Notes: generated by a model from the sequence alone, not told the origin. DNA of 64,000 bases from Vicugna vicugna (GCA_013265495.1 MU058836.1:620001-684000); one strand, 5' to 3'. Counted from the stretch's first letter, positions 38,621-52,380 are shown. Translations and numbers: made by a program.

Positions 38621-41414
38621 AATGAGAAGTGCTGTTCCAAATGGGATGGGCTGTCTGAGAGGACGCAGGTCCTCTTATTTCAGCAGATGTTCAAACACAA
38701 GTGGGGTAAGCACTGGGCAGGGGTGTGGCAGAGGGGCTCAACATCGCAGGAGGTCATTTGGACTGATGACTTCAAGCTTCCTTCCAACTCTATGTGTCTC
38801 TACACTGAATGTTCACATGAGGTTGGCTGCAGTGCGCTCTCCATCCCTACAGAGCTCCCTGCCCTGGGTTCTACTATAAGAAATGGTACCCAGCACCCTG
38901 AACAACCAGGACTCATGGACTGTAGTCCGATGGCAACTTCATTTCTGTCTCCCACTTTTCCTTCAAACTGTATTCAGCGGGATGAAAACTCAGGTAATCT
39001 CGTGATTTGGGGGTCGATTTCTGACTAAAAGTCTGATAGCCACTTTGAGCTGCAAATGCAGTATAAACCCAGTGATTAGCAAGCCCAGCCTCCTGTAATA
39101 CTAATCAAAGCTGCCCTGCATTTGAAGGTAAGACTTTCCCCTCCCTCCCAGGGAAGGCGGGGCTGGAGGGAGGAGAAGGAGTGTGGCAGCTCCTCCACAC
39201 TCAACATCTACCCCCTCTACCCCGGCTTGTCAGCTGCAGTTTCTGACGCCTCAGGGCTGAGGTAAGGCAGGATCGGGTGGGCATATGAGGTAGGAAAGAG
39301 TGGCAGAACTGTCTGACCTGACCACCATAAGCAGGTTGGGCCCTGGGAACCGGATGATAGTCAAGTTGTTTTCTGGGGCAGTTCACCAGTGAGCTCTCAC
39401 AGACCACGCCCTTGACCCAGGCAAAAGCCTGCTGGTCTAGCACTGCCCACCCTCTCCTCTGCCCCTGGGAATCCAGAAGCAGAGCGCTGGCCTACCCTCT
39501 GCTGAGGGTACTTGCCTCACCTTGATGACTTTATTGGACAGGATACAAGATGACCCCACCCACAGCTGACACAGAAACTACCGTCTTTGCCCAAAATCTC
39601 AGAGTGAAGACCAATGCCCAGGGGGCGGTGATTCTCCTTTGCGTTGCTGCTACACCAGCCAGATAACCCGGGTTTCATCCTCTGACACCCGGGGCGGCGG
39701 CAGTGGTGTGGGTTCAGACCACAGGCCTATGTGCTTCCCTGACTGCTCTCTGGTCCCACTGAAACTCCTCTGCCTTGGCAAGATGAGGTGGGGAGCTCCC
39801 TTCAACTCCCCTCCTTGGATGGGGAAGGAGGACTCACAGCACAGCCACAACTCTCTCCAAAGAAATCCTCATAAATCTTTCCCTTACTTTCCACTCTCCT
39901 AGTCTTATTATATCCTTGGTGTGGCTGGGGGTTTGGTGAGCTGTGGTTTTCAACTTAACTTCCCATATGTAATTTCTGCATATGGCCTACACTCTCCTTT
40001 AGAATGTATGGTATTACATCAATTGAAACCTCCAGTATAACATCCTGTTTCATTTTCGGTGACCAAATAGGAAAGAAGTCACAGAATTTATTAATAGCTA
40101 TGTAAGTGCTTGATGCTCCAAAGCTAAGTCTTTGTAAGAGAACAAAAAATGCAGATGAGGCCTGAAGCCCCTTGATACCTCTACCATTTCCCAAACCCAA
40201 GGCTCGGATGTTATGACTGCCGTGCAAAGAAAGACCACGGAGAACCACAAATACCAGAGGAAGTGGAGCTAGTCAAACCACTAAGAGGACCACATCTGAT
40301 TCTAAACCTAGTACTGAGTATTCCGGGCATCTTACTGCGGGATGAGAACAGTAGACAGGGTCAGACTGTCATTTGGGAAGAAATGAAATCCAATTGGAAG
40401 TGGCCAAGTGTCCTCCAACGCAGTGGAGAAAGACGTCAGTCTTTCAACCAATCCTTGAGATAAGAAGTAAAAGAGGAAGGGGGTAAAAGAGCCTACCACG
40501 CATAGATTCAAGAAGTAAAAGAGACAGAGGATGGCTTGGTTCCTGCCCCAGAGTAAGCCAAAGCTTCCCAATGGGCCAGTTGTGAGCCATGAATGGATGC
40601 CCCACAAGCCCTTAAACACCCAAGCCTTTCGGGCTGCCAGAAGTCGCAGACTGGTCACCTCTGGCCATGAGCAGCCTTACCTGGGGCTCTGCAGAGGGTG
40701 GTTCCAGACAAGCAGGATCTGTCTGTACCTCCCACAGTCCCAGCAGACAGAAGTGTACTGAGCACCACTGAGCACGAATGGTTTGGCCTCAACATTCTAA
40801 GCAGAAATAAGCTGGAGCCCTTCCACCTGGACAGCCACGCCAGCAACTAAGCACGGAGCCCACACTGTCCATCACGAACAAGTGGCCCCTGGAGCTTCTT
40901 GGGTAGTCTGTGGTCCTGGGGCCCAAGGAGCGTGGTGCAGAGCCCAGAGTGCCACGTGATTCTGTTGAGAGAAGGGGAGGCAGCAAGGCTGAGCTCTTGG
41001 TGGTGGCCTCTCCCTGTATTTGGGATTTATGCCCATTTGCAGTCAATGTGTCCTTTCCGTGATGACTGCTCTAATGATGTGTGAGAGTTTTGCAAATTAG
41101 AGCCATATTAATATTTTGAAGTACAAGATATGAAAAAGTTCAATTAGATTTGAAAAACATTTGCATTATCACAAGAAATTTCAACACTAAGTTTGTCAAC
41201 AAAAGGATGGGCTGCTATAGTCCCTAAATATAATTTCAACTATTACAAATGTTGAAACAGTCATAAAACAACGGTTTAAATATTTTTTTATGACCTCCTT
41301 CTGTAAACAGATTCTCTCACTGATGGTGAAGGTCCAAAAATTGAAGAGACTGCTATTAAAAACTTTTGATCAGGAACTGAGTATAGACATTTCAAACATC
41401 AAACTCAATATACG

Positions 41415-41508
41415 GTGGCAGGTCATAGCTCAGTGGTAGAGCACATGCTTAGCATGCACAAGGTCCTGGGTTCAATCCCCAGTGCTTCAAAAACAAACAA
41501 ACAAAAAA
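41415..41508 (+). mobile_element. tRNA-derived SINE (short form lacking the ACCTAATTACC 3' module)
   Basis: tagctcagtggtagagcacatgcttagcatgcacaaggtcctgggttcaatcccc + (CAAA)n tail. Confidence 0.9.
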
Positions 41509-43729
41509 CCCTTGATATAAAAAGGTTGTATTTCCAGAAGTGAAACCATGTTCTCATTTTAAAAATTGCCAATACTCCATTTGAGTGTTTTATGCAAACC
41601 AGAGGGCCAATATCTTTCTCAATTTTTAATTCTCCTTGTAATTCTATGATGTAGAAAATAAAACGATACTTTTCACCTTGTCCCACATAGGTGCCCCCAG
41701 AACCTCTTCAGTCTCTCACAACGTGGTGAAAGAATATTACCATTTTCTGTAGGAGCCATGACACGGCAGTAATCTCCACGTTTGAGGGCGTGGTCTAATT
41801 ATCAGCTGAGGTAAGGGCTTCTTGCAACATCCTCTTGAGTTGGGTGAGGAAGCTTAGAGGGAAATTTCCTTGTGAGAAAATTCCAGTGTACATAGTCTCA
41901 AGTTTGCATGCTCTGTCAAGAACATACCCACTGTGTACAGTGTGTCAAAGATGCTTCCTGGGACACTGATCCTCAACTAAGGGTCTCAGCTCTCCAGGCT
42001 GTTGCACGAACCCCATTTTGGGAGGACTGCTCACGGCTACCTCCTTCCTCAGGATCCTCCCTCTCACGGGAAGACACAGAACAATCCAGGCTGTGCACTT
42101 TCCCAGGTGTTTCGTATTACCAACCACATTTTCTTATCTGCTTGCTTGGCCACCTTAAAAAAATTTTGTTAATCTAATTTTAGAATATTCTTTGGCTTGT
42201 GTAACTCTTTTCATTATTCTATCTTTAAAAATATTTTCTCTACTCTTTGAACTTATTTGTAATATTTTCTCTCTTTTCCCCTAGTCCTTCCCCATTGTGG
42301 AACGGGAAGATTAGAGCAATGAAGGTACTCAGAGACTTTGAGAAAAGGCATCACATGAGGGACCAGGTCAGAGAGGAACACGTGGCACCATCGGCAGTCA
42401 GGCGCAGGCCTGGGGAAGCCTGGCTGGGTTTCTCCTACACCATCAATCACTGTCCACCCGCTCTGTGCCAGGCTGCTGGGCACGTGCACATGCCATTGCC
42501 GGTCAGTACAAGGACCCTGCAGTATGCATATTAGTAGGTCCAATTTACAGGAAAGGACAACCAAGGCTCAAAGTGACTTGGCAACTGCCCAAGGACACAT
42601 CTCTAGTTGAGGGGGGTGGCAGGAGTTACAGCAAGATCCGCTTGATTTTGAACCTGTGTTCCTTCTCCTCTTACAGCGCTTCTCCATCTTCAACACGCTC
42701 ATGAGTCACCTCACCTGGCTGTCTTAGAATGCAGATTCCCATTCGACAGGTCTCGGGTGGGGCCTGAGAGTCCGCATTTCTAACAAGCTCCTGGGTGAGG
42801 CAGATGCAGCTCCCAGGCCTCACCTGAGTTGACCTCTGCGCTTGGTCATGGCCGGGCGGCTGTGGGCAGGGCCGAGCATCAGGGAGACCGCGCAGACAGA
42901 TGCGCTGTCGAGGTTATCATTTACAGCTGATTTTCCCTCTTTCGCCGACTGGCTTTTGATCAGGGTTCCAATGGATGGCCAGCAAGAGCTAATTACGATC
43001 CCAACTAATTCACTCTGTCAGTTGTTATTCATTAACAAATTACGTTCCTGACAAACTACGCTAGTGTGGTACCCTAAGTACTGTAATTAAAGTCCCCGAA
43101 GGTTGCATGTGGGCTTAATTGATTTCCTTAACATATCACTCAGACTAAACATTCCATTACTTTGTGTCCTGATGTTTACGAAGGGGCAGAACCACTGCTG
43201 CCACCCAGGCGGCAGATAGATGGGCTCTGGGTTGACAGGGAGCTGGCCTCCTCTCGGGGCCTGCCCACTTCCCCAGCAAATGACAGTGGTGACGGCTCCC
43301 CACCAGAAATACTCACGGAGAAAGGGATGGAGAGTGATTGACTTGTGTCTGTAATTAACTTGTGTCCTCCTTGGATTTCCAAATTCGGAGGACGCTGTGA
43401 TGATTCCCTAGGGTACCGCTGGAGCAATGGGGAGAGGCTTCCTGAGGCTGTCATGGCCCCATGTCGTAGAGGTTCTCCCTTTTAGCACTGAGGACCACAG
43501 GGCAGAATGGGAGAGGGACCGGAGACAATGTTTATGCTTCATCTAAAGGTGTGTGTGATGCAGACAAGTCCAAGTGCACAGCCATGTACTGCGGCCCACT
43601 GCATTAGACTACATGTATTCATTCATTCACGTGCTCAATAGCCTCTTAATGAGTACCTAGTGTGGGCCAGGCCCAGGGCTGGCTTTAAAAAAAAAAAAGG
43701 CAAAATAATCACAATCATAAAAGGGGTAA

Positions 43730-43940
43730 ACACTTACGTATGATATGACAGGCACTGTTCTAGGAACTTTAAACAAATTAACTCATTTAATTCTTGCTCA
43801 GTTCCTGTGAAGTAGCTATTCTTATTCTACAAATGAGGAAACAGGCAACAGAGAAGGTAACGAACTTGCCTAAGGTCACACAGGATTCAGATCCAAATAG
43901 CCTGGCTGTGACTCCTTGCTTGAACCCCTGGGCTATACCG
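43730..43940 (-). mobile_element. MIR SINE
   Basis: aactcatttaattc...acaaatgaggaaacaggc...aacttgcctaaggtcacacag. Confidence 0.8.
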
Positions 43941-44009
43941 CCTGTTTTAAATATAATAATGATAGTGACTCTAAAATTACTCATTTTAGAGTCACAAAAA
44001 CCCTAAAAT

Positions 44010-44155
44010 GAGGTAGGTGCTGTCTTTATCCCCATTTCACAACTGAGGAAACTGAGGCACAGAAAGGTTGCTTAACTGCCCCAAGCTCTCACAGCTAATA
44101 CGTGGTAGAATCAGAGTTTGGGCCCAGGCTCAGGAACCTATAATCTTAATCTCTA
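44010..44155 (-). mobile_element. MIR SINE
   Basis: tatccccatttcacaactgaggaaactgaggcacagaaagg. Confidence 0.8.
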
Positions 44156-47100
44156 CGCATCTTAGATGAAACTAGCAGAGATCTGAGAAACTACATGGGG
44201 GCTGGGGGCCTACACAGGCCAGCCAATTTAAATAATTAAACTCCAGGTGGCCCTGCCCCAGATTCCTAGCAGATGAAAACAAGGCCCAGGTGGAAAGTGG
44301 AGCGCAGGTCTATGAAGGCAGATGGTCCGGTGCCTAGGGCTGCCTTGACCTCTATTATCACGCCCCTTGCACACCCACAGTTCTCTGACACTATTTCCCT
44401 GCCCTCGGCCCTCCTCACCCTCACTCAGCATCCAGCACAGCATTGGGGCCCCTCACATATCTAAGGATAAACTTGACAGGCTGGCAATACGTCGCATTAT
44501 TTGCTGCATACTGTATGTTGAAGAAACGAAAAGGTACTTAATTTTGGAACTTCACTTTTGTCTTTTAGGAGGGCCCACATCAAAAAAAAAAAGCAGACTA
44601 TAAGAGACAGACATTTCTCACATTTTCCTAATCCTGAAAAAAAAAAAAAAGGTGTCCATTGTGAGGTCTTGGGAAGAATGAGACCATTTTGTTTGCTGGA
44701 ACAAGGGGCTGGGCTTTTCAGTAGGTTATTTCTCTCGCGGCAGCGATGCTCTCAATGAGGACTCCTGTTTCCCACCGGCTGCCCGCTGCCTGAAGCGGGG
44801 CGTGCTTCATTAGTGCTTTCCAGGCCTCTCCTCGGTTCTGGAACCACAACTTGACGTGACTTACCCCTGCTACCCTCTGTGTCACTTCCTGTGTTGCTGG
44901 TTCACAAGCTCCCTCGTCATCAATTGCATTATTTCTGCTTCTCCCAGACAAGTGCCTTTGCATATGACCCAGGCCTCCAGATCACCTGACTCCAAGGTAT
45001 CTGCCCCAAGCATCACAAAGTCCTGCCCCTCCAGTTTCTGAGGGTGCTAACGGTGTGGGGAGCTCCTTCTCTCAGCAGTTTCCACCCATTATTAAGTATG
45101 TTTTCCTCTCAGGTAAACTGACTGTCTATCCTTCCATTGGAATGACCTACTGGTAGAACAAACGGGCTTTTTATTCATCCCTTTTAACACATGATGCTCT
45201 CCAACTATTTTCTAATGCACATATATGTGTATTATATTTTAATATTGGCAGCTAATACCATAAACTTTTGTCATATTATTAAATTCAAAGAAATTTGAGC
45301 TGAAGTTCAAAAAATCATGTAGACATATTCTGCAAACTCCATTTTCAATTCTTAGGCAGGATCTTGGAGCACTGATGACTTAGTTAATAGAAACACTGTT
45401 GAAAGTTAAAAATCGCTCCTTGGGGTAGTGCTACCTTTCAGTGAGAGAGTTCTTAAAAACACTTGACAGAACACCATTGCAGATGACAGATTTTTTCCCT
45501 CTGCACCAGTCACCGTTTGCAAGCAGAGAAGGAGGCAATGCAATCATCAGGAAAGCTTCAACCATTCTTTTCAATTTATTTGATATAAAAGACAACATCT
45601 GGTTTAAGGTATGTGTTCTGAATACAGATTTATCTGTGAGGCAGGCATGATGCTGGTTAACTAGTGAAGACAATTTCTTTTTTCTTTGCCAGGAACTGTC
45701 ATTGGGAGATTGCTGGCAGTTTTTAGTTTTGGGAGGTTGAGAAAGCTCTCAGAATTTCTGGAACCAATCCCTTTTGTTTTTGGAAAATTACCAGAATTGG
45801 CTCTGTAGTTATATAAATATAAAGCAAGTACCCACCCACTGTCCTTGGCCAGAGCAGTGAAGTCACCATAAATCTGAATGCTGATGCTGCAGATCAAGAT
45901 GCCAAGTGTTCTGTCCAGTGATGTAAGCGGGGTATCTTCAGCCAGAACCATGCCCTTGAAGAGGGGGAGAAATGTTTTGCCTAAATGTGACTCGAGAGCA
46001 GGACGACTGGTATTTAAAGAGTAGATAACACCAAACTTGTGAAATGTATTTTTGACTGTTTGAGTGTTTTCAACTTTGATTTTAAAAAGGGCATTTTTAA
46101 AGATATTTTATATTTTATATAGGAGTCCAAATATCTAACATAAACAAGTTCCATGAAGCCACACCCATCCTTATTATGCATAATGTTGACATTTCTGTAT
46201 ATTCTATGTCATTGTTTTTAATGTTGGTCATGTCCCCATTGATCATAGTATGACCTGTTAATGGGTCATAATTTGCAGCTTAAAAAACATGCACCTGTTG
46301 GGTCCAGTGGTCAATCTGTGGAATCCAGATTTGGGGCCTTAGACATTGGAGTTTGGGTACCTATAATGATGACAGTAATTTACCTTAAAACACTTCCAAC
46401 ATAGACAGTGAGATTTTGTATATGTGCCAGTTACTAGTTTCAGCTTTAACTCTAGAGGTAGCCAGGGTGGTCAGCTGGCATCCTCAGCTGGTGTCCATCC
46501 ACCAGGCCTCTGCTGTCTGTATCCCAGTCAACACTCACAGCTTTGCTAATGTGCACATGGAATGTAAAAAAAATTAGATTTTATTGTGGACAATGGTGCC
46601 CTGTTGATCAGCATAGCAAATGTCAGAAATGGACTCATATTAGTGAAATTAAAAGTATTCTTTGTCAAATATATTTCAATTAAAAGTAAATATATATATA
46701 TATATATAAAATTTGTGATAACGATGTTTCTAACAATGCTTAAAAGAAAAGTGTTCTTAATATGTGGACTAGCTAAAATATCTCTACCCTTGCACAAGCA
46801 AGCTATCTGAATCCAGAGAGCTGGATTCAGCCTTTAGGGAGATGCAACTGCTAAAAGTTCTATGGGCACCACCAGCGTGTGGCCACCCACGTGGAGTGTC
46901 CTTGTGGTCTGATATTGATGGAAAGGGTGACAGAATCCTGCCTCTGCAGCCGTGGCTTTTGTCTCCAGTGAACAGAAGTGTATGCAAGGTGTTCAGTGGA
47001 CCATCCAAAAGGCCAGACAGAGGCTGTGACTTCACCAAGCTTCCAGAATAGACAGTGTGAGCTGCCTTGTGCTTGCTTGCTGGTGAATGCCTGCTGTGTG

Positions 47101-47194
47101 GCAGAACAGGGTTTGAGACTGGCTTTCATTATAACACAGCAGTGAGATTTGTGGGAGTGGCAAACTTTTTTGGGTGACTGCATATTCTTTTATT

Positions 47195-47866
47195 TATTTA
47201 TTTATTTATAACACTTTTATTGTGGTATGGTTCCTCTATAGTGAACTACACATATTTTAGATGTACAATTTGATGAATATTGATAAATATATACATCCAT
47301 TAAACCACCACCACAATCAAGATAGCTAACATTTCTATCACTCCCCAAGAGGTGCAATTTTCAAAATCCCAATTTATCCCTTCTCACCCCACCTCTTTTC
47401 CCCACTGGTAACCGTAAGTTTGTTCTCTATGTCTGTGAGTCTGTTTCTATTTTGTAGGTAAGTTCATTTGTGTCCTTTCTTTTAGATTCTACATATGAAC
47501 GATATCATATGGCATTTTTCTTTCTCTTTCTGGCTTACTTCACTTAGAATGACGATCTCTAGGTCCATCCACATTGCTGCAAATGGCATTATCTTTTTCA
47601 TTTTTATGGCTGAGTAGTATTCTATATGTATACCACATCTAAGAAGATCCAGTCATCTGTTGATGGACACTTGGGTTGTTTCCATGTCTTGGCCATTGTA
47701 AATAGTGCTGTTGTGAATACTGGGGTGTGTGTGTCTTTCTGAATTATATTTTTCTCCAGATATATGCCCAGGAGTGGGATTGCTGGATCATATAAGTCTA
47801 TTTTTAGTTTTTTAAGGGAACTCCATACTGTCCTCCATAGTGGCTGCGCCAACTTACATTCCCACC
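47195..47866 (-). mobile_element. Chimeric L1: young L1 ORF2-end/3'UTR (47353-47866) joined to ancient L1-type 3' terminus (47195-47352)
   Basis: ORF 47622-47852 (PLWRTVW...[11 protein letters not shown]...KTWKQPKCPSTDDWI) is the L1 ORF2 C-terminus; 15-bp TSD at 47180-47194 and 47867-47881. Confidence 0.85.
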
Positions 47867-47896
47867 GTGTATTCTTTTATTAAAAAAAAAAAACTT

Positions 47897-48403
47897 CATC
47901 AACAGATGACTGGATAAAGAAGATGTGGTATATTTATACAATGGAATACTATTCAGCCATAAAAAACTGACAACGCCTTTTGCAGCAACACACATGTTCC
48001 TGGAGAATGTCATTCTAAGTGAAGTAAGCCAGAAAGAGAAAGAAAAATACCATATGAGATCACTCATATGTGGAATTAAAAAAGAAAAAAGAACATAAAT
48101 ACTAAACAGAAACAGACTCATAGACAGAATACAAACTTGTGGTTGCCTAGGGGGCATGGGGTGGGAAGGGATAGACTGGGATTTCAAAATTTGTAGATAC
48201 TGACAGGCCTATATAGAACAGACAAACAAGATTACACTGTGTAGCACAGGGAAATATATACAAGATCTTGTGGTAGCTCACAGCAGGAAAAAAAAATGTG
48301 ACGAGTATATGTATGTTCATGTGTAACTGAAAAATTGTGCTCTACACTGGAATTTAATACAACATTGTAAAATGACTATAATTCAATAAAAAATTAATTA
48401 ATT
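47897..48403 (+). mobile_element. Young L1 3' end (~510 bp)
   Basis: catcaacagatgactggataaagaagatgtgg...caataaaaa; flanked by (A)n-CTT on both sides. Confidence 0.9.
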
Positions 48404-49544
48404 AAAAAAAAAACTTGAGCTGTGTTACCAGATTGATTAAATCCAGTTCGTAGGCCCCTTTGGCACATGCAAAGCTATGTGGAAAGCCAGGGGTCCTGGA
48501 GCAGCAGGTGACTTTGGGGGTGAATGGCTGACAAACACAACCAGAGAACAGATACACAGAGCACATGAGTATCCTCTTGCCTCCCAGAATTCATTGCTGA
48601 GGAAAACTCAGCAGAGGAAGGGTCTTCAGAAGATGGGGACTTAGGGTCATTTTACTTCAGATCATAAAAGGAAACATGACTTTATGTGGTAATCAGAGGC
48701 TAAAGAGGCCTGGGAATCGTTAAGTCACATTCAGAATCACAGTCTATAACAAGCAGGATTTTGTTCACGTTCCACTCTATTTAAACATTGGTATTTCAGC
48801 TGTGAAGTTCATTTTCTCAGGAAAACATTGTGGGAGGAAAAGTGACAGGACTCCACTTGAGCCTAGGATATACCCACTGCTGAGTTTCGGACTGTCCTGA
48901 TGAGTCAAAGAATGGGATGGGCCACGCGTGAACAATCACAGAGAAAGGAGGTTTCTGAAATTATGGGGTTATTTGGAAGGAGCTAGTGGAGAAGTTTTGA
49001 AAACTGTCTGAGAGAGATGAAGATGAAATGAAGGATTTGGGATCTGCCATGGATAGCACACCCTGGCTCAGCTCATGAACTGCGGGTCTGGTCTGAGCTC
49101 TCTGGGCTGCAGGCAGAATCCAAAGGGAGACGTGAGGATACTGCCCCCGGTGTGTTGGACCTGGGGAATTAAACGTGACCCAGACAGAGAAGAGGGATCT
49201 TCTCTTTATTTGGACCTGACACAGAGAAGAGTCCAGGGAGTCCAGAGCCACTTGTGGGCTAGCGTCGGGGTCTGCACCTTGGGTACCACTTGGAGAGCAC
49301 AGACGCAGTGCTGCCCCAGCATCAGCACAGGGGCATGACCGCCGAGGGGCTTTTCCACTGGTGGACACTGACTGTGTAAGCCAGGCAGAAAAAAAGTTGA
49401 GATCAGTGTTTGTAGGCTCATGCAGGTTGGAGCAAGAGCCCCAAATTTTGGTCATTACCCATGCTGTGCTCCACTGTACCTATTTATGCAGGTAAGACTT
49501 GAGGAGACTTGGACTAAATTTGAGAATCTCATAAGAACTGTGGT

Positions 49545-49990
49545 GATTCTGCATCCTCCTTCAAAAACAGAAGCTGAGATGAGGGTTTGTGTGTGAGCAG
49601 TTTATTTGGGAAATGATCCAGAGAAGTGAGGCCAAGAGGGAGCGGCAATACCAGAGAATGTTAACAAGTTGGTCACTGCTCTGTTACTCGGGCTTGACCC
49701 ACTAAGACCGTCCGAGGAGCCATATAGAACGGGCCTCATTTGTCCACAAGCTCTCTTCTCCCATTGGAAAAGAGATGCCCACTGGCTTTAACTCCCCTGC
49801 GTTTTCAGGTTACACATGCCTGAGTGGGCTTCCACAGCTATCTCACAGCACAGCACTAGAGAAGTCCCAGGGCAGGAAGATGTGATGCAGATGAAGTGAG
49901 GCACTGTCAGAGTGTTTGCACCAAGCTAGCTGCTACAGCCGTGGCTGGATTTTCTCCATGTAGGCTGAGGATGTGAAGTGGCACACACAG
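49545..49990 (-). mobile_element. ERVL LTR (LTR16-like)
   Basis: cagaagctgagatgagggtttgtgtgtgagcagtttatttgggaaatgatcc. Confidence 0.55.
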
Positions 49991-52159
49991 AGTGCCATCT
50001 CTTGTACAGCTCACATGCACTCTTGCCCTGCGTTAAGTCCCATCCATCAGACAGCCTTCACTGTGATGGCTTTCTACAGTCTCTACAAAGGGCTTAATAT
50101 AGGAGGCTTCCTGGAAAAAGTTATAGTTCCCACTGATGCAATTGGCATTGCAGGAAGGGATAGAGTCCCTTCCTGATAGAGTCACCCTGCTACCAGGTGC
50201 CTGGCTGATACCTTCCCCGACCTTTACAAGAAAGGAACATTAAAAATTACATGAACTGCAATTCAGTTTCAACTGAAACTGACCCCAAAAGTGGTTTAAC
50301 CTGAAAAGAGAATTTATTGGCTCATATAATCGAGCATTCCAGGAGTTGATGTGGATTCGAACAGGGCTGGATGTAAAATGTATGTGGTATTGTTGCCATG
50401 GAACAGAAGGAATTGATACAAGGCAGGGGGGAAAAAAAGTGTATAATATATCAGTATTTTAAAATTTTGCCAATACAATAAATTTTTTAAAAACAGCATT
50501 TTTATTTGCATTTCCCTAACCACTGCTGGTCTAGTGGTTGAAGTGGGATTTGAACACAAGTCAGCTGACCTAGAAATTCATTTTTTTTTTTTTACCAATA
50601 CCCTATACTGTATCTTTCACATCAGCTCCACTTGGAATCCTGAACTAGAAAAAGGAGGGGAAGAAATAAAACATTGTCTATCAGATCTATGAATGTGACA
50701 AAAAATTGAGAAATTCTGCCTGGGAAAACTTAATGGAAATGGGGATGGTTTTTCTCATTACTAAATTTGTCAAGGTTATGGAATAATGTAAAATTTCAAG
50801 AACATTTAAGGGTTGCCTTTTAGTGAAGGAGAATCATGAAAAGATTGTGACCAGCTGGAAGAGGAAAGGGATTGAACTGGAGCCAGAGGGAACCAGTTTA
50901 GTCACAACAATTACGTTTCTCAGCAGAAAAACTACAACACAGTAATGGGCATAGCAGACACACATCATCTACCCTGCATTCCCCCCAGGTCACGTGGTCC
51001 TGATGGACCTGTGAAGGGTGATGCCACCCTTCACTCAACTCCAGAGTGGTCATGTGGCCCAGGCTGACCAAACAATACGCTCATCTGTCTGGTCATGGTC
51101 AACGGTTCACAGATGGGCATGCGACATAAGCAGAGCCATGATTAGTGAAACAAAAACAGAGAGCACGTAATATATTTAAGGATATTTAAGGATCTACACC
51201 CAGACCACAAAAAAAGAGGGAAAAGGAGACAAAAGCAGGGAATAAAATAGAAGAAAAATCAGCTACCACAAGATTTTTGCAGTACATAATAGACTAAGAC
51301 ATGCAATGGTGCAATTTTCTTTGCTAGCCCGGCAATGTAAATCTAAATGAAGTCCTCCCTAAGACTCCTCTGCCAGAGTAATCAGAATATCTTTTTCACT
51401 GGGGTCGATAACCTGGCATCCAAAGTCAGCATCATCCCTGAATGTCCAAGTCATCTGAGCTAATTTCCTACTTTGCCTGAGCTGACTCGTTCAGATTTCT
51501 GTTTTCCAATAAGAAGTTTTTAATCAATATGCTAGCTCACTCTCAAATTTGTTATAGCCCTTTCTTCTGAGTCAATTTTTCGAAATGCTTTGTGTACAGA
51601 AGGAGGATGGCCTGGTGACACATCCAGAGATCGGTCCCTTTGCCAGACCTCACCGAGAGGGCAATAGAAAGAAAAAGAAATGCAGGGCAAGCGTGAGTCT
51701 TGATTCAGATTCCGGAAAGTACATTCATTGCCCCCACATTCCTTAAATATGATTCCAGAACCCGTAAGGGAAGGACATTTAAGTGATTGACAATGTGTAA
51801 TAGGTAAAGCTATAATCCTTTCCCCCTTGCTGCATGAGAAAGGAAGAGTTGATTCCTATTTACAATCATTTACACAAACCAGATTCTGGACCAAGTGTCA
51901 GCTGTTGTGTGATCAGCCCATACAAGTTCTTTTAAACAGTCCTTTCTAAAACTCATCCAGTAGAGCCAATCAATCAACCAAGATATGAGTTGGAAGCAAG
52001 GCTGTGATGAATAAAGACGAACTGCAGCCCAATTAAAGCCTTTCGGAGAGCCTTTGTAACTTGGGTTTCAAGGGAACAGAAAAAGGAGCTGAGCTGTCTC
52101 TGACCCAAGGTTTAGGTTCCCTGGAAAAGCGGAGGGACACCGAGCCACAGTAAGAATGG

Positions 52160-52380
52160 CCACTCTTCATGGAGTGCTTCCATGCTAAGTACGCTGCCCT
52201 GCTTTGTCCCACTCGATCCTCACAACTGTTTTATAAAGGAGGTATTTTTAACCCATGGATATTCACATGGAGAAACTGAGGCTCACAGAAATCAAGGTTT
52301 GCCCCAGGCCATGTGACTGGTGCATGGAGAACTGAGTCAAGTTCAGTTCAAGCTTGTCCAAGGCCCGTGCTCTTCCCGCA
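52160..52380 (-). mobile_element. MIR SINE
   Basis: atcctcacaac...gaaactgaggctcacagaa...ttgccccaggcca. Confidence 0.7.

Noticed and set aside
41080..41400. Possible hAT transposase coding remnant (DGEGPKIEE)
   Set aside because: No sustained frame; it fits an AT-rich decayed DNA-transposon end equally well.
47353..48403. Single twin-primed, 5'-inverted L1
   Set aside because: The two parts overlap in L1 coordinates, are diverged from each other and have separate TSDs.
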